From assembly GCA_963803805.1 (NCBI GenBank), contig CAWDOD010000011.1:32001-96000 (forward strand): a stretch of 64,000 nt of DNA. The letters run 5' to 3'. Positions 30,961 through 41,670 of this stretch are shown piece after piece. Source of the stretch: an uncultured cyanobacterium. GTDB taxonomy: Bacteria > Cyanobacteriota > Cyanobacteriia > Cyanobacteriales > CAWCAG01. Position numbers and translations under genes: made by a program. The notes below the pieces were generated by a model. That model did no database searches. It saw only the letters and a program-made list of their open reading frames with translations, and had not been told where the DNA came from. Each line of letters starts with the position of its first letter. Positions within the stretch are counted from its first letter, which is position 1.

Positions 30961-31361
30961 TGAACAATTACCTCCTGCTTGACATCATAAATCACTAATC
31001 GTAATTGATATCTTTCAACTGCTGCGGTAATAAAGCGTCGCTGGAAAAAAGTCTCATAAATTGGCAATCGCACCGCCAAATAAAGTAAGCGATCTGGTTC
31101 AATTTTTGCTAGTGCATCTCGGTAATTGAGGAATTGACCTAACGCCGTATGAAAGTCAGAAACGTTAGATGGACTAATAAAACTTTTCACTTCCACAGCA
31201 ACTTTTTGATTTCCTCGTTCTGCTGCTAACAATTGTTCTGCGGCTAAATCAATTTCAAAGTCTACATCGTCGATACTAATTTCGTAAGGATCGGCTGTAA
31301 TCTGCCAATTGTCTTTTTCTAGAGCAGTTCTCACAACATTATGAAATCTATCTCTCGCCAT
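30951..31361 (-). CDS. xisH: XisH family protein
   Basis: MARDRFH, LEKDNWQITADP, IDLAAE, AVEVKSF, ALGQFLNY. Confidence 0.92.
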   Translation of the reverse strand: MARDRFHNVVRTALEKDNWQITADPYEISIDDVDFEIDLAAEQLLAAERGNQKVAVEVKSFISPSNVSDFHTALGQFLNYRDALAKIEPDRLLYLAVRLPIYETFFQRRFITAAVERYQLRLVIYDVKQEVIVQWL

Positions 31362-31440
31362 TTTTAATTATCTATCATACCTTTCATTTGCTCATTTCTA
31401 TCTCCATACTCGAAGACGAGAAATTAGGATAAGCAAAAAA

Positions 31441-31639
31441 GAAAAGAAATTTTCTATCTTTTGGTTGTATTACTGTTTAATGATAATATTTTATAAGGGG
31501 AAATAGATGCTTCGTTTCAGAAAATTGCGAGTATTTCCATTATCTAAAATAATTTTACACTGTCAAGGGAAAAATAAGGTAGAATTCGAGAAAAAAATGT
31601 AAATTTTTGTAAAGTTATTTTACCCATACTGCTGAATAT
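31441..31639. repeat. ~200-bp direct repeat, copy 1
   Basis: shares ttttataaggggaaatagatgcttcgtttcagaaaattgc...ttttacactgtcaagggaaaaataaggta...tttttgtaaagtt with the copy at 32568-32911. Confidence 0.9.
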
Positions 31640-31759
31640 GAGGGCTTTGCCGTTTTCCTCAAGAGCGTGTTGGAAAAGCGGAGAATTAGGTAGGATAATA
31701 TAAGCCTCTTGTAAAAATGAATGCTCTCGTTGAGTTATGCACAATGAACCCGATGAATT

Positions 31760-32110
31760 ATGAATAGCATAAGTATTAGTGAAGCGGTTAGAAAATTACC
31801 ACAACTTGTTGAAAAAAACTCTGAAGAGAATAAAGTGATTACTTTAACTGAAGACGGGCAAGCAAAAGCAGTTTTACTTAACTGGGAAATGTTTGAGTAT
31901 CTAATTGGTATTAAAAAATATTTACGAAAAGAGCTATTACCTTTAGAAAAATTAGAAAACAGCATGAGAAATTCTCTGAAAGAGGCAGGGTATAATTCCC
32001 CAAGTGAAATTATCCAGTTGGTACAAGATGTTAAGAAGGAAATGGCAAATGAAAGGGATTATTGTTCTGAGCAATTAATGGTTGAAGAGGAAATAGAAAC
32101 TAATTTATGA
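31760..32110 (+). CDS. Phd/YefM family antitoxin
   Basis: ISISEAVRKLPQLVE...ITLTEDGQAKAVLL N-terminal pattern; upstream of a PIN gene. Confidence 0.75.
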   Translation: MNSISISEAVRKLPQLVEKNSEENKVITLTEDGQAKAVLLNWEMFEYLIGIKKYLRKELLPLEKLENSMRNSLKEAGYNSPSEIIQLVQDVKKEMANERDYCSEQLMVEEEIETNL

Positions 32111-32123
32111 TGGACTTGCCCAC

Positions 32124-32564
32124 TTGCATTTTTTGGATACTAATGTTTATATTATTGGTGCAATTGAGGCAGTAAGTTATGAACGTGAAATTCTTAACTG
32201 GCTTGGTTGGGAAGGTAAAATATCAGAATCTGAATTGGTTGAGGTAGTAGTATCAGAGGAGGTGTTTGAGCAAATTTTGCGTGTAGCTAAACGTTTGCGA
32301 AACAAAGATTGGGGTGGTGATTTGTTGAGTCGTCTTTGGACAAATTTTAATCTTTGCTATGTGATACTTGATGATCATGAGTATACCCAAATATTAAACA
32401 CAGGCATAATACCACGTGAAGATATAGGAGTTTACTTAACGGCTCAAGGTGGAAATGCTCAATGTTTTGTCTCTTCTAATCATAAGTTAATTCGCGCTTT
32501 AGTAACAGAAACAGGAGAGTTTGAGTGTTTGACACCAGAAGAATTTGTTAATCAATATTTTTAG
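32124..32564 (+). CDS. PIN domain (VapC-like) toxin; natural start may be ATG 32107/32110 with a frameshift
   Basis: FLDTNVY, VVSEEVFEQ, PRED, FVSSN. Confidence 0.75.
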   Translation: MHFLDTNVYIIGAIEAVSYEREILNWLGWEGKISESELVEVVVSEEVFEQILRVAKRLRNKDWGGDLLSRLWTNFNLCYVILDDHEYTQILNTGIIPREDIGVYLTAQGGNAQCFVSSNHKLIRALVTETGEFECLTPEEFVNQYF

Positions 32565-32567
32565 ATA

Positions 32568-32911
32568 GAAAAGAGACTTTCTTTCCTTTGGTTGTATCGC
32601 CGTTTGATGGTATTATTTTATAAGGGGAAATAGATGCTTCGTTTCAGAAAATTGCAAATATTCCCATTATCTAAAATAATTTTACACTGTCAAGGGAAAA
32701 ATAAGGTAAAATTCGAGAAAAAAAACGTAAATTTTTGTAAAGTTTAGATGTGATATATAGCAATTCTATAACTTGTGAGGTGCGGCCTAGATTGTGGTTT
32801 TTTGCTAATAGCTAGTTGCTAGTTGCTAGTTGAAAATATGGAAACAGACTAAATGTACCTCATGAGTCTGAGAAACGCTATAAAGTTCTTTTGCCCATAC
32901 TGCTGGATATG
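32568..32911. repeat. direct repeat copy 2, interrupted by a MITE
   Basis: matches copy 1 up to gtaaagtt (~32743) and resumes as aaagttcttttgcccatactgctggatatg after 32882. Confidence 0.85.
32756..32882. mobile_element. MITE with TATAGC ends and internal (GCTAGTT)n
   Basis: TATAGCAATTCTATAACTTGTGAGGTGC versus reverse complement TATAGCGTTTCTCAGACTCATGAGGTAC; absent from repeat copy 1. Confidence 0.75.
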
Positions 32912-33083
32912 GTTGATTAGACTTGCTTTAAAACATTTGCCCACCATTACCAAAGGTTCCCTTTAAATCGCAATTGTTAAAGTTCGTTTCGTTTGAGTAT
33001 TTATCTCCTCGAAGCAGAGAAATCCTTCTTGAGTGCAATCATTAAAATGCGACTCAACTTCAACTATAATCTTGATTTGACTT

Positions 33084-34484
33084 ATGAAATTTCCCTACCA
33101 ACTAACTCTTCCCGGTATTCTTGTCCTTTCTTTATCTACTGGGATTTTCGTTAACCAACCTTCAGTTGCTGCTGCAAAAGTAGAAATTGCTGAAACGATG
33201 ACAGCAGAAGATTTCCTCTCCGAAGGTATAGAATTATTTGAACAGGAACGTTATGAAGAAGCGATCGCATCCTTCGCCAAAGCTGTAGAGATTAAGCCTA
33301 ATTACTATCAAGCTTGGTATCTTCACGGTGTTGTCCTAGATATGTCAGGAAAGTTCTCAGAGGCATTAGTTTCCCTCGACAAAGCGATAGAGATTAAAGC
33401 TGACTTTCATTATGCTTGGCGTAGTCGCGGTATTGTTCTAAACAAGTTAGAAAGATACGAGGAAGCATTAGCTTCATATAGCAAAGCGATAGAAATTAAA
33501 CCAGACTACTATCAAGCTTGGTACAATCGCGGCAATGCCCTATATAAGTTAAAAGATTATCAGCAAGCAGTAGCATCCTTCGACAAAGCTTTAGAAATTA
33601 AACCAGACTACTATCAAGCTTGGGACAGTCGCGGCAATGCCCTATATAAGTTAAAAGATTATCAGCAAGCAGTAGCTTCTTATGACAAAGTTTTAGAAAT
33701 TACACCTGACGATCACGTAACTTGGTACAATCGCGCCATTGCCTTAGATAATTTAGAACAATATGAAGAGGCGATCGCCTCTTATGATAGAGCTTTAGAA
33801 ATTGTACCCAACAACTTTATTGCTTGGTATCGTCGTGGCATCTCCTTAGATATGGTGGGGAACCCTTCAGAAGCATTAGTTTCCCTTGACAAAGCTGTAG
33901 AAATTAAACCCGATTATCATTATGCTTGGTATAGTCGCGGTATTGTGCTAGAAAATTTAGAACAATATGAGGAGGCATTAGCTTCGTACAACAAAGCGAT
34001 AGAAATTAAACCTGACTATCATTATGTTTGGTACAATCGCGGTTTAATTTTATCTGACTTAGAAAAGTACTCTGAAGCAGTTGCTTCTTTTGGTCAAGCT
34101 GTAGAAATTAAACCTGACTATTATCAAGCTTGGTATCGTCGTGGTGTTTCTTTAGAAGAGTTAGAACAATACGAGGAGGCATTAGTATCATACAACAAAG
34201 CTGTAGAGATTAAACCTGACTATTATCAAGCTTGGAATAATCGCGGCATTGCTCTAGGGAAGTTAGGCAAATACTCTGAAGCATTAGCATCCTTTGAGAA
34301 AACTTTGGAAATTGAACCCAATAACTATATAGTTTGGTATAATCGCGGTCTTGCCTTGGAGAATTTAGAACAATACTCCGAAGCATTAGCATCTTATGAT
34401 AAAGCTTTAGAGATTCAGCCTGGTTATCAAGCAGCAATTAATAATCGCAGAATTCTCTTGGAACAACTAGAAAGTAGAAAATAG
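33084..34484 (+). CDS. TPR repeat protein with N-terminal signal peptide
   Basis: about 12 34-aa TPRs (AWYNRG..L..L..YEEALASY.KA.EIKPD); hydrophobic leader ending AAA. Confidence 0.9.
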   Translation: MKFPYQLTLPGILVLSLSTGIFVNQPSVAAAKVEIAETMTAEDFLSEGIELFEQERYEEAIASFAKAVEIKPNYYQAWYLHGVVLDMSGKFSEALVSLDKAIEIKADFHYAWRSRGIVLNKLERYEEALASYSKAIEIKPDYYQAWYNRGNALYKLKDYQQAVASFDKALEIKPDYYQAWDSRGNALYKLKDYQQAVASYDKVLEITPDDHVTWYNRAIALDNLEQYEEAIASYDRALEIVPNNFIAWYRRGISLDMVGNPSEALVSLDKAVEIKPDYHYAWYSRGIVLENLEQYEEALASYNKAIEIKPDYHYVWYNRGLILSDLEKYSEAVASFGQAVEIKPDYYQAWYRRGVSLEELEQYEEALVSYNKAVEIKPDYYQAWNNRGIALGKLGKYSEALASFEKTLEIEPNNYIVWYNRGLALENLEQYSEALASYDKALEIQPGYQAAINNRRILLEQLESRK

Positions 34485-34878
34485 GGGGGGCGAAAAAGAA
34501 GATATTCGTTAATTTGAGTCTATCTCAAATATTTGCCCACCACTGCCTATTAATTTTGGTGGGCAGACATAGCCAAATCACGGTATTTTGTCAAATAAAC
34601 TTTTTGGGTGTGACATTAATTAATGGAGCGTAATGATATTTTTTTAGGTCTTTGCAGAAAAAATGAGTTTGATAATCACCTTAAATCAAGCTTTGAGAAG
34701 AGAAGCTTTGATCTTAGTTATAAAAACCCTAAAATAACATGAGGTAATAATAGCTCAAAAGGCGCAATTGTGTAAATAAGGGTCTTGACAAAAGCAAATT
34801 ATTTATCTTTGTAAAGTTTGTTTTTCCAATCAATACGGGCAATAAGGTACAACAAAACTAATATGAGGTGTAGGTGCG

Positions 34879-37800
34879 TTAATGTTCAAACAATCCCATC
34901 GAACAAATAATCTGAGGTTCTTGTTTTCTTCCTTCTTCATGAATAAGGCAAAGACGATCATCTAAATACAATGCAACTACCAACTCTGCTAACTGCTGAT
35001 CATCCACACCACTTTTTAAGGAACGATTCAGCCGATCAATCGCCGACTGCCTCAAAGGATATTGATAAATTTGGTTAATCGCCTTTAGCAAATCTTGAGT
35101 TGCAAACAACGTCCCCTTCACCTGGGTACTATAACGCTTCAACCTCTCGTAACTGCGGAACCTTGCCCCCGAAGGACGGCCCAATTGCCCTCCGGTACTA
35201 GCTTCTGTATCAATAATAAACTTACTCCCCTGGCTAACCAAATCATGATGTTGGGGATGATGGGGAAAAGCGGGGGTATCAGGATGACAAGCCGCTGCCC
35301 GGAGAATTGCAAACTGAGATTCGGTAACGCTTTCCCCTGCTTTGTTAATCCAAGCCAAAGCATCATTACCTTCAGCCGTTTTCATATAAAGTAAAACCCC
35401 TTCGGGGTGAGTTGGGGTAGGGTTATGGTGACGGGTAGCATAAACAACGTTGTTGAGATTTTCAATTATCTTTTTCAAAGCCGGGTTTGCATCAACGGCA
35501 TTTTTCCAAATTTGGTAAGCTTCTGAGGTTAAATCCACCTCCGTATCCTCCTCACCATCCAGAATCCCCGACTTTTCATGATAAAGATCCAACATAACTT
35601 GTTCATCTAGATCATCTTCAAAAAAAGCTTCATCAGTACCAACAACCTCAGCATTCTCCTTTAACCGTTGCCGCAAACGACTCCGCAAACGAATCACTTC
35701 TTCTACCCCTTCAGCCGGGAGGAAAGAGTAACAGAGGATTTTTGCTGCTGCTTGCCCAAAACGATCAACCCTTCCCGCCCTTTGAATTAAGCGGATTATC
35801 GCCCAAGGCAAGTCATAATTAACAACGATGGCGCAATCTTGAAGATTCAACCCCTCACTAAGGACATCTGTAGCGATTAAAATGCGTAACTGATCCTCTT
35901 CTGGTAGAGATTTACCATTACTTTGGGGACTAAACTGCCAGGCTGTCGCAGCGGGATTTGTAGAGTTTCCTGTCACCCCAGCAACCCTTTTAACACCGCG
36001 TTTTTGCATTTCCGTGGTAAGATAATTCACCGTATCAGCAAACTGACTAAAAATAAGCACTTTTTCTTGGGGATGGGTGGTGCAAAGTAAATCAATTAAA
36101 ACTTGTAGCTTCTCATCTTGATCAGCTTGCCAGTTACGGCAACTTGATAGCAACTTCAGCAAAGTCAAACAATCAGCCCGTAAATCTTTCTTTAAAGAAG
36201 CTTTGAATAACTGGGGGCGAATCCATTTAAAACGCTTCTGATAACGGGTAGCATATTCTTGATAAACCTGTGCCGCACGTTGTAAATATTCCTCTTCTGT
36301 TGCCGTTACAAAGGTTGCACTCAGATCACTAACCTCCTCATCCTCCCATTGAGAAAAGAGAGTGTCATCATCACTTTGCTGAGGATCGAGAAGACTAGCA
36401 TCTTGGGAACCGATGGGTAAAGGAAGCTGACGGGCGATTCCATACAGAAAAATATAGTTACGGAGAAGATGGCGATCAATCGACTGCAAAAAGGCAATAC
36501 CACTACTTTCTAAGCGTTTAAAAAGATTGGTACGACAAAAACCCATCAAACGTTTACCACCACGGGATAAATCTTTAATTTGCCCCAACTCTTCCCCCGT
36601 CATCCCCTTACCTTTAGCTGATTTTGGGGAAACTGCATAGTTACCTAAACCATAGCGGGGTAAATTCAACTCACCCAGGGTAGTAACCATCTCCTCAGAA
36701 TACAACCTACCATTCTTCGTTGAGTCGAAAGTCAAAGTTTGGGGTTTGCGTAAAGGAAAATAAGATTTAGAACCATCAGGATATTCTAAATACTTGCGCC
36801 CCGTAGCATCTTCTTTAGCATAGTTATTTTCAATAAAACTGCGAGTCCGTCGCACCATATAATGGCGCATTAATTCTCGCCAATCATCGGCATATTCACT
36901 CTTTTCAAAAGCAGCCAGGGAACGAACCGGGGCTTGATGTTTGCGACTAAATTCAATTTCTCCCCCCATCTCCTTCAATAATTTTTCTGGGCGAGTTCCC
37001 AAGTCTTGATCTTCACCAATAAACAGGCGTAATTGACTAGATAAATCCAAATAAGTCTTATTATAAGGAGTTGCAGTAAGTAAAATGCAACGGCTTTCAT
37101 TGAGGGCAATATATTCTGCGATCGCCCGATAACGTTTCCCCTGGCGATTCCGCAAATTATGACTCTCATCAATTAAAACAACCCGATAACGCCTTTCTTG
37201 AGGGAGTTCTGTTTGTACTCTACTCAAAGATAGTACTTTGCCACGAAGCTGATAATTATAAACATACTCTTGCCACATCGGTACTAAATTTTTTGGACAA
37301 ATAATCAGCGTCTCTAAAAAAAAGTCCTCTTCTAAAATTTTCGCCAAAGTCGCCGCAATGCGAGTCTTACCCAAACCCACCACATCCCCAACTAAAACCC
37401 CACCCCGACGATTAAGATGCCGGGCAGCAATTTTTACGGCTGCTTTTTGAAACTCAAATAACTCCCCGCTAACACTACGAGGAATACGATATTCCGCTAA
37501 ACCTGCCCTCGCTTCTGAAGATAAATGATAAGCAATCTTAAGATAAATATAATAAGGCGGAAGCAACTTTTCTCGCGCCCAACTCTCTTCTATAGCTGCA
37601 ATAATCTCCTCAGAAACATCAATACACCACCTATCCTCCCACCTCGCCTCAAACCACCTTTGTAGCTTTTGACAAGCATCATGATCAAGGATATCAACAT
37701 TCAATTCCCCCTGATTTTGCAAACCTGATAAAGTGAGATTGCTACTACCCAAAAAACCGATTGTCGGGTTATTGAGATCATCACGATGAATTAAATAAAG

Positions 37801-38223
37801 TTTGGCATGGAGAGGATAGCGGAGGAAAAACTTAACCCTAACCTTCTTTTCTTGAAGCTGCTTTTGCAGTTGCCGCAAAGCCTGTTCATCTTTATTTGTC
37901 GGTACACCCCAAGTTAACTGTTGACAAAAATCCTGGGCAATTTGTTTTTTCCACCGCAGTACCTGACGATTATCAAGCCCGCCATAATCATTCCCCAGTG
38001 CCAAACTACGATGTACCTCAGTTTCTGGTAATCTTTGCATACCAATGAGGAGGCGACAACAAGAATCTTTAGTCCCCGCAAAATGTTCAATTTTATCAGC
38101 AATTTTCTGCCAACCTCGAAGATTAAAATAACCAACGCAAAAGTCTGCCCCCTTTGATATATCAAGGGTAGGGCGTAAAATTGGGAGCAGATGTTGTTCA
38201 ATATTATCAAAAATGCGCGTCAT
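34879..38223 (-). CDS. PLD-family nuclease domain fused to SNF2-type helicase
   Basis: LHAKLYL...GSSNLT (PLD); GDVVGLGKT, DESH, TATP, SEGLNLQ, QRAGRVDR. Confidence 0.9.
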   Translation of the reverse strand: MTRIFDNIEQHLLPILRPTLDISKGADFCVGYFNLRGWQKIADKIEHFAGTKDSCCRLLIGMQRLPETEVHRSLALGNDYGGLDNRQVLRWKKQIAQDFCQQLTWGVPTNKDEQALRQLQKQLQEKKVRVKFFLRYPLHAKLYLIHRDDLNNPTIGFLGSSNLTLSGLQNQGELNVDILDHDACQKLQRWFEARWEDRWCIDVSEEIIAAIEESWAREKLLPPYYIYLKIAYHLSSEARAGLAEYRIPRSVSGELFEFQKAAVKIAARHLNRRGGVLVGDVVGLGKTRIAATLAKILEEDFFLETLIICPKNLVPMWQEYVYNYQLRGKVLSLSRVQTELPQERRYRVVLIDESHNLRNRQGKRYRAIAEYIALNESRCILLTATPYNKTYLDLSSQLRLFIGEDQDLGTRPEKLLKEMGGEIEFSRKHQAPVRSLAAFEKSEYADDWRELMRHYMVRRTRSFIENNYAKEDATGRKYLEYPDGSKSYFPLRKPQTLTFDSTKNGRLYSEEMVTTLGELNLPRYGLGNYAVSPKSAKGKGMTGEELGQIKDLSRGGKRLMGFCRTNLFKRLESSGIAFLQSIDRHLLRNYIFLYGIARQLPLPIGSQDASLLDPQQSDDDTLFSQWEDEEVSDLSATFVTATEEEYLQRAAQVYQEYATRYQKRFKWIRPQLFKASLKKDLRADCLTLLKLLSSCRNWQADQDEKLQVLIDLLCTTHPQEKVLIFSQFADTVNYLTTEMQKRGVKRVAGVTGNSTNPAATAWQFSPQSNGKSLPEEDQLRILIATDVLSEGLNLQDCAIVVNYDLPWAIIRLIQRAGRVDRFGQAAAKILCYSFLPAEGVEEVIRLRSRLRQRLKENAEVVGTDEAFFEDDLDEQVMLDLYHEKSGILDGEEDTEVDLTSEAYQIWKNAVDANPALKKIIENLNNVVYATRHHNPTPTHPEGVLLYMKTAEGNDALAWINKAGESVTESQFAILRAAACHPDTPAFPHHPQHHDLVSQGSKFIIDTEASTGGQLGRPSGARFRSYERLKRYSTQVKGTLFATQDLLKAINQIYQYPLRQSAIDRLNRSLKSGVDDQQLAELVVALYLDDRLCLIHEEGRKQEPQIICSMGLFEH

Positions 38224-38402
38224 GTTGAAAAAGAGAAAAAGTCTAAGGAGAGTCTTGAAAGATACTTCAAATTGGGGACGTGATCTTTGTTAATCGCGTC
38301 CCCAATATATAGCACTATGGAATTAAGTTAGAACTTCTCTAAATTTAAGATTATTTAACTTGCTTCTAAGTACAGACTGCGCTAGACAACTTAAACAGAT
38401 CA

Positions 38403-38684
38403 TCAAAGATATAGTTGAGCGATACCAGTGATATTGTCTGCACTGTATCCAGAGGCGATCGCATGGATAAAAGTTTGTTGAGTCGCTGCTGCTATGGGTA
38501 ACTTACCACCATTAGACATCTCCGATAATTAAAAATCAAATCAATTCTCATACCGAAATTATCAATTCTTGTTACCGTTCCCCGTTCCCTGTTCCCCGTT
38601 CCCTCTTTTCCGGAGATGTCTATTGGTTTGAGCCGTTTTCACTGCATAACTCAAATCTTTTTCTACCAATTCAATGGGAAACAT
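38403..38684 (-). pseudogene. 3' fragment of a beta-hydroxyacid (3-hydroxyisobutyrate-type) dehydrogenase, split by a MITE
   Basis: removing the MITE gives FPIELVEKDLSYAVKTAQTNNGGKLPIAAATQQTFIHAIASGYSADNITGIAQLYL*. Confidence 0.65.
38513..38622. mobile_element. MITE with perfect TIR and TA duplication
   Basis: TA-GACATCTCCG ... CGGAGATGTC-TA; internal GTTCCC repeats. Confidence 0.85.
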
Positions 38685-38950
38685 ATGTTCCCCTCAAAGT
38701 TAGATTGTTTATCGATTTTCTTAAGCAGAATTTTTTAAAATAGCGATCGCCATACTTTTTAAAACTCAAGTTAAACCGTACTGGAGGCTTATCGCTTATG
38801 AAATTAGCCCAACTCAAACAGGAAGTCTATGAATGCTGGGAAGACTTGAGTAACTTTCAAGACGCCCTCCTTCAGCCAGAAAACTTTAAGTCAGATTAGC
38901 AGCTTTTTCTTCTAGTAATTCAATAGCATCATTATCGAAAATGCGTGTCA

Positions 38951-39047
38951 TAAGCTGTCAGGCATTTAATTTACTTATTAGGTTTGATGGGGGGATAGGG
39001 CTTATTTCCTAGTTCAGTAATACACAGTTTAAATGCACATCAGCTTA
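38951..39047. mobile_element. MITE, right inverted copy of 26423-26549
   Basis: reverse complement matches the left copy except for a shorter CCCCATC tract and a few substitutions. Confidence 0.8.
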
Positions 39048-39201
39048 CTTTAAAAAGGGGAGCAGAGAGCAGCGCCAAGTAATAATTAATAAGTTTGACC
39101 TAGATACTATTTATTTATCAATTTATTTACTATTAAATTTAGGCTTAAGCTGTAGAAATAATTAGTTACTTCTTAATTTCAAATTATTCCTTTTTTCATT
39201 T

Positions 39202-39621
39202 TTAAGGCAAGGAATAACCTGTTTTTGTACTTACAAAATCAAGCAGTCTTTGATAATCATTAGGATCATTTTGCTTGCTAATAACAATAGGTGTAGCACT
39301 ATCAGGTAGCCAAAAAGTGATTTTATCTCGCTCAGAGTAACAAAAACTACTAATTTTACTCAAATCAATCACAAACTCATTGCGTTCATAAAAGAGCCTC
39401 AACCAAGCCCCACCAAAAGGAGAACCAAAAAGCTGATTTATATATTCAATTACTTGATTATAATCATCTGGGTGGGTATTTTTATTAATAATCACAGGTA
39501 TGGAACTATCAGGTAGCCAAAAAGTTATCCTGCCGTTAGGAGCGCAGACAAAAGAACTGATACGCTCTAGATCGACAACAAATTTTTTGCGCTCATAATC
39601 AACTTTGACCCAGTATGTCAT
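39202..39621 (-). CDS. hypothetical protein made of two ~70-aa repeats
   Basis: YER..FV.DL..ISSF......ITFWLPDS..P occurs twice. Confidence 0.75.
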   Translation of the reverse strand: MTYWVKVDYERKKFVVDLERISSFVCAPNGRITFWLPDSSIPVIINKNTHPDDYNQVIEYINQLFGSPFGGAWLRLFYERNEFVIDLSKISSFCYSERDKITFWLPDSATPIVISKQNDPNDYQRLLDFVSTKTGYSLP

Positions 39622-39777
39622 ACAAAATCAGTGTTTAGTTGCATAGGTTGTTGGTGAGGGCGGGGAGTAGGAAGTCAAGGTAAAAAACTTTATTTCCTAA
39701 TTTCCTACATTTATGGAGCTTTATTTACCAGATTTTGTCTCATAAGAACCCCTAGTCAAAAAGTGAGTTTTTCCTAC

Positions 39778-41526
<1,749 letters not shown>

Positions 41527-41670
41527 CTACCCAGTTAATTGTGCCATAACTGGACAAAGCTGAAAGCCAAGAAGAGCAAAGTCAAAAAGTTCCAGGATTT
41601 TCAGGGGTTTAAATTTCATGTTTGACCATTGTTATTAAAAAAGATCAAAGCTCTCTTAGTTTAGCTTTCC

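Noticed and set aside
30604-31361. xisH/xisI as evidence of a developmentally excised fdxN-type element
   Set aside because: No XisF-like recombinase or interrupted nif/fdx gene here; xisH/xisI pairs are common stand-alone cyanobacterial genes.
26551-38223. Complete DISARM or BREX system
   Set aside because: No drmA/drmB, pglZ or brxC homologs visible in the window.
26551-38951. HIP1 depletion as a sign of foreign origin
   Set aside because: GCGATCGC occurs within the island (near 29482, 33261, 33771, 37118, 38455, 38743); depletion is not evident by eye.
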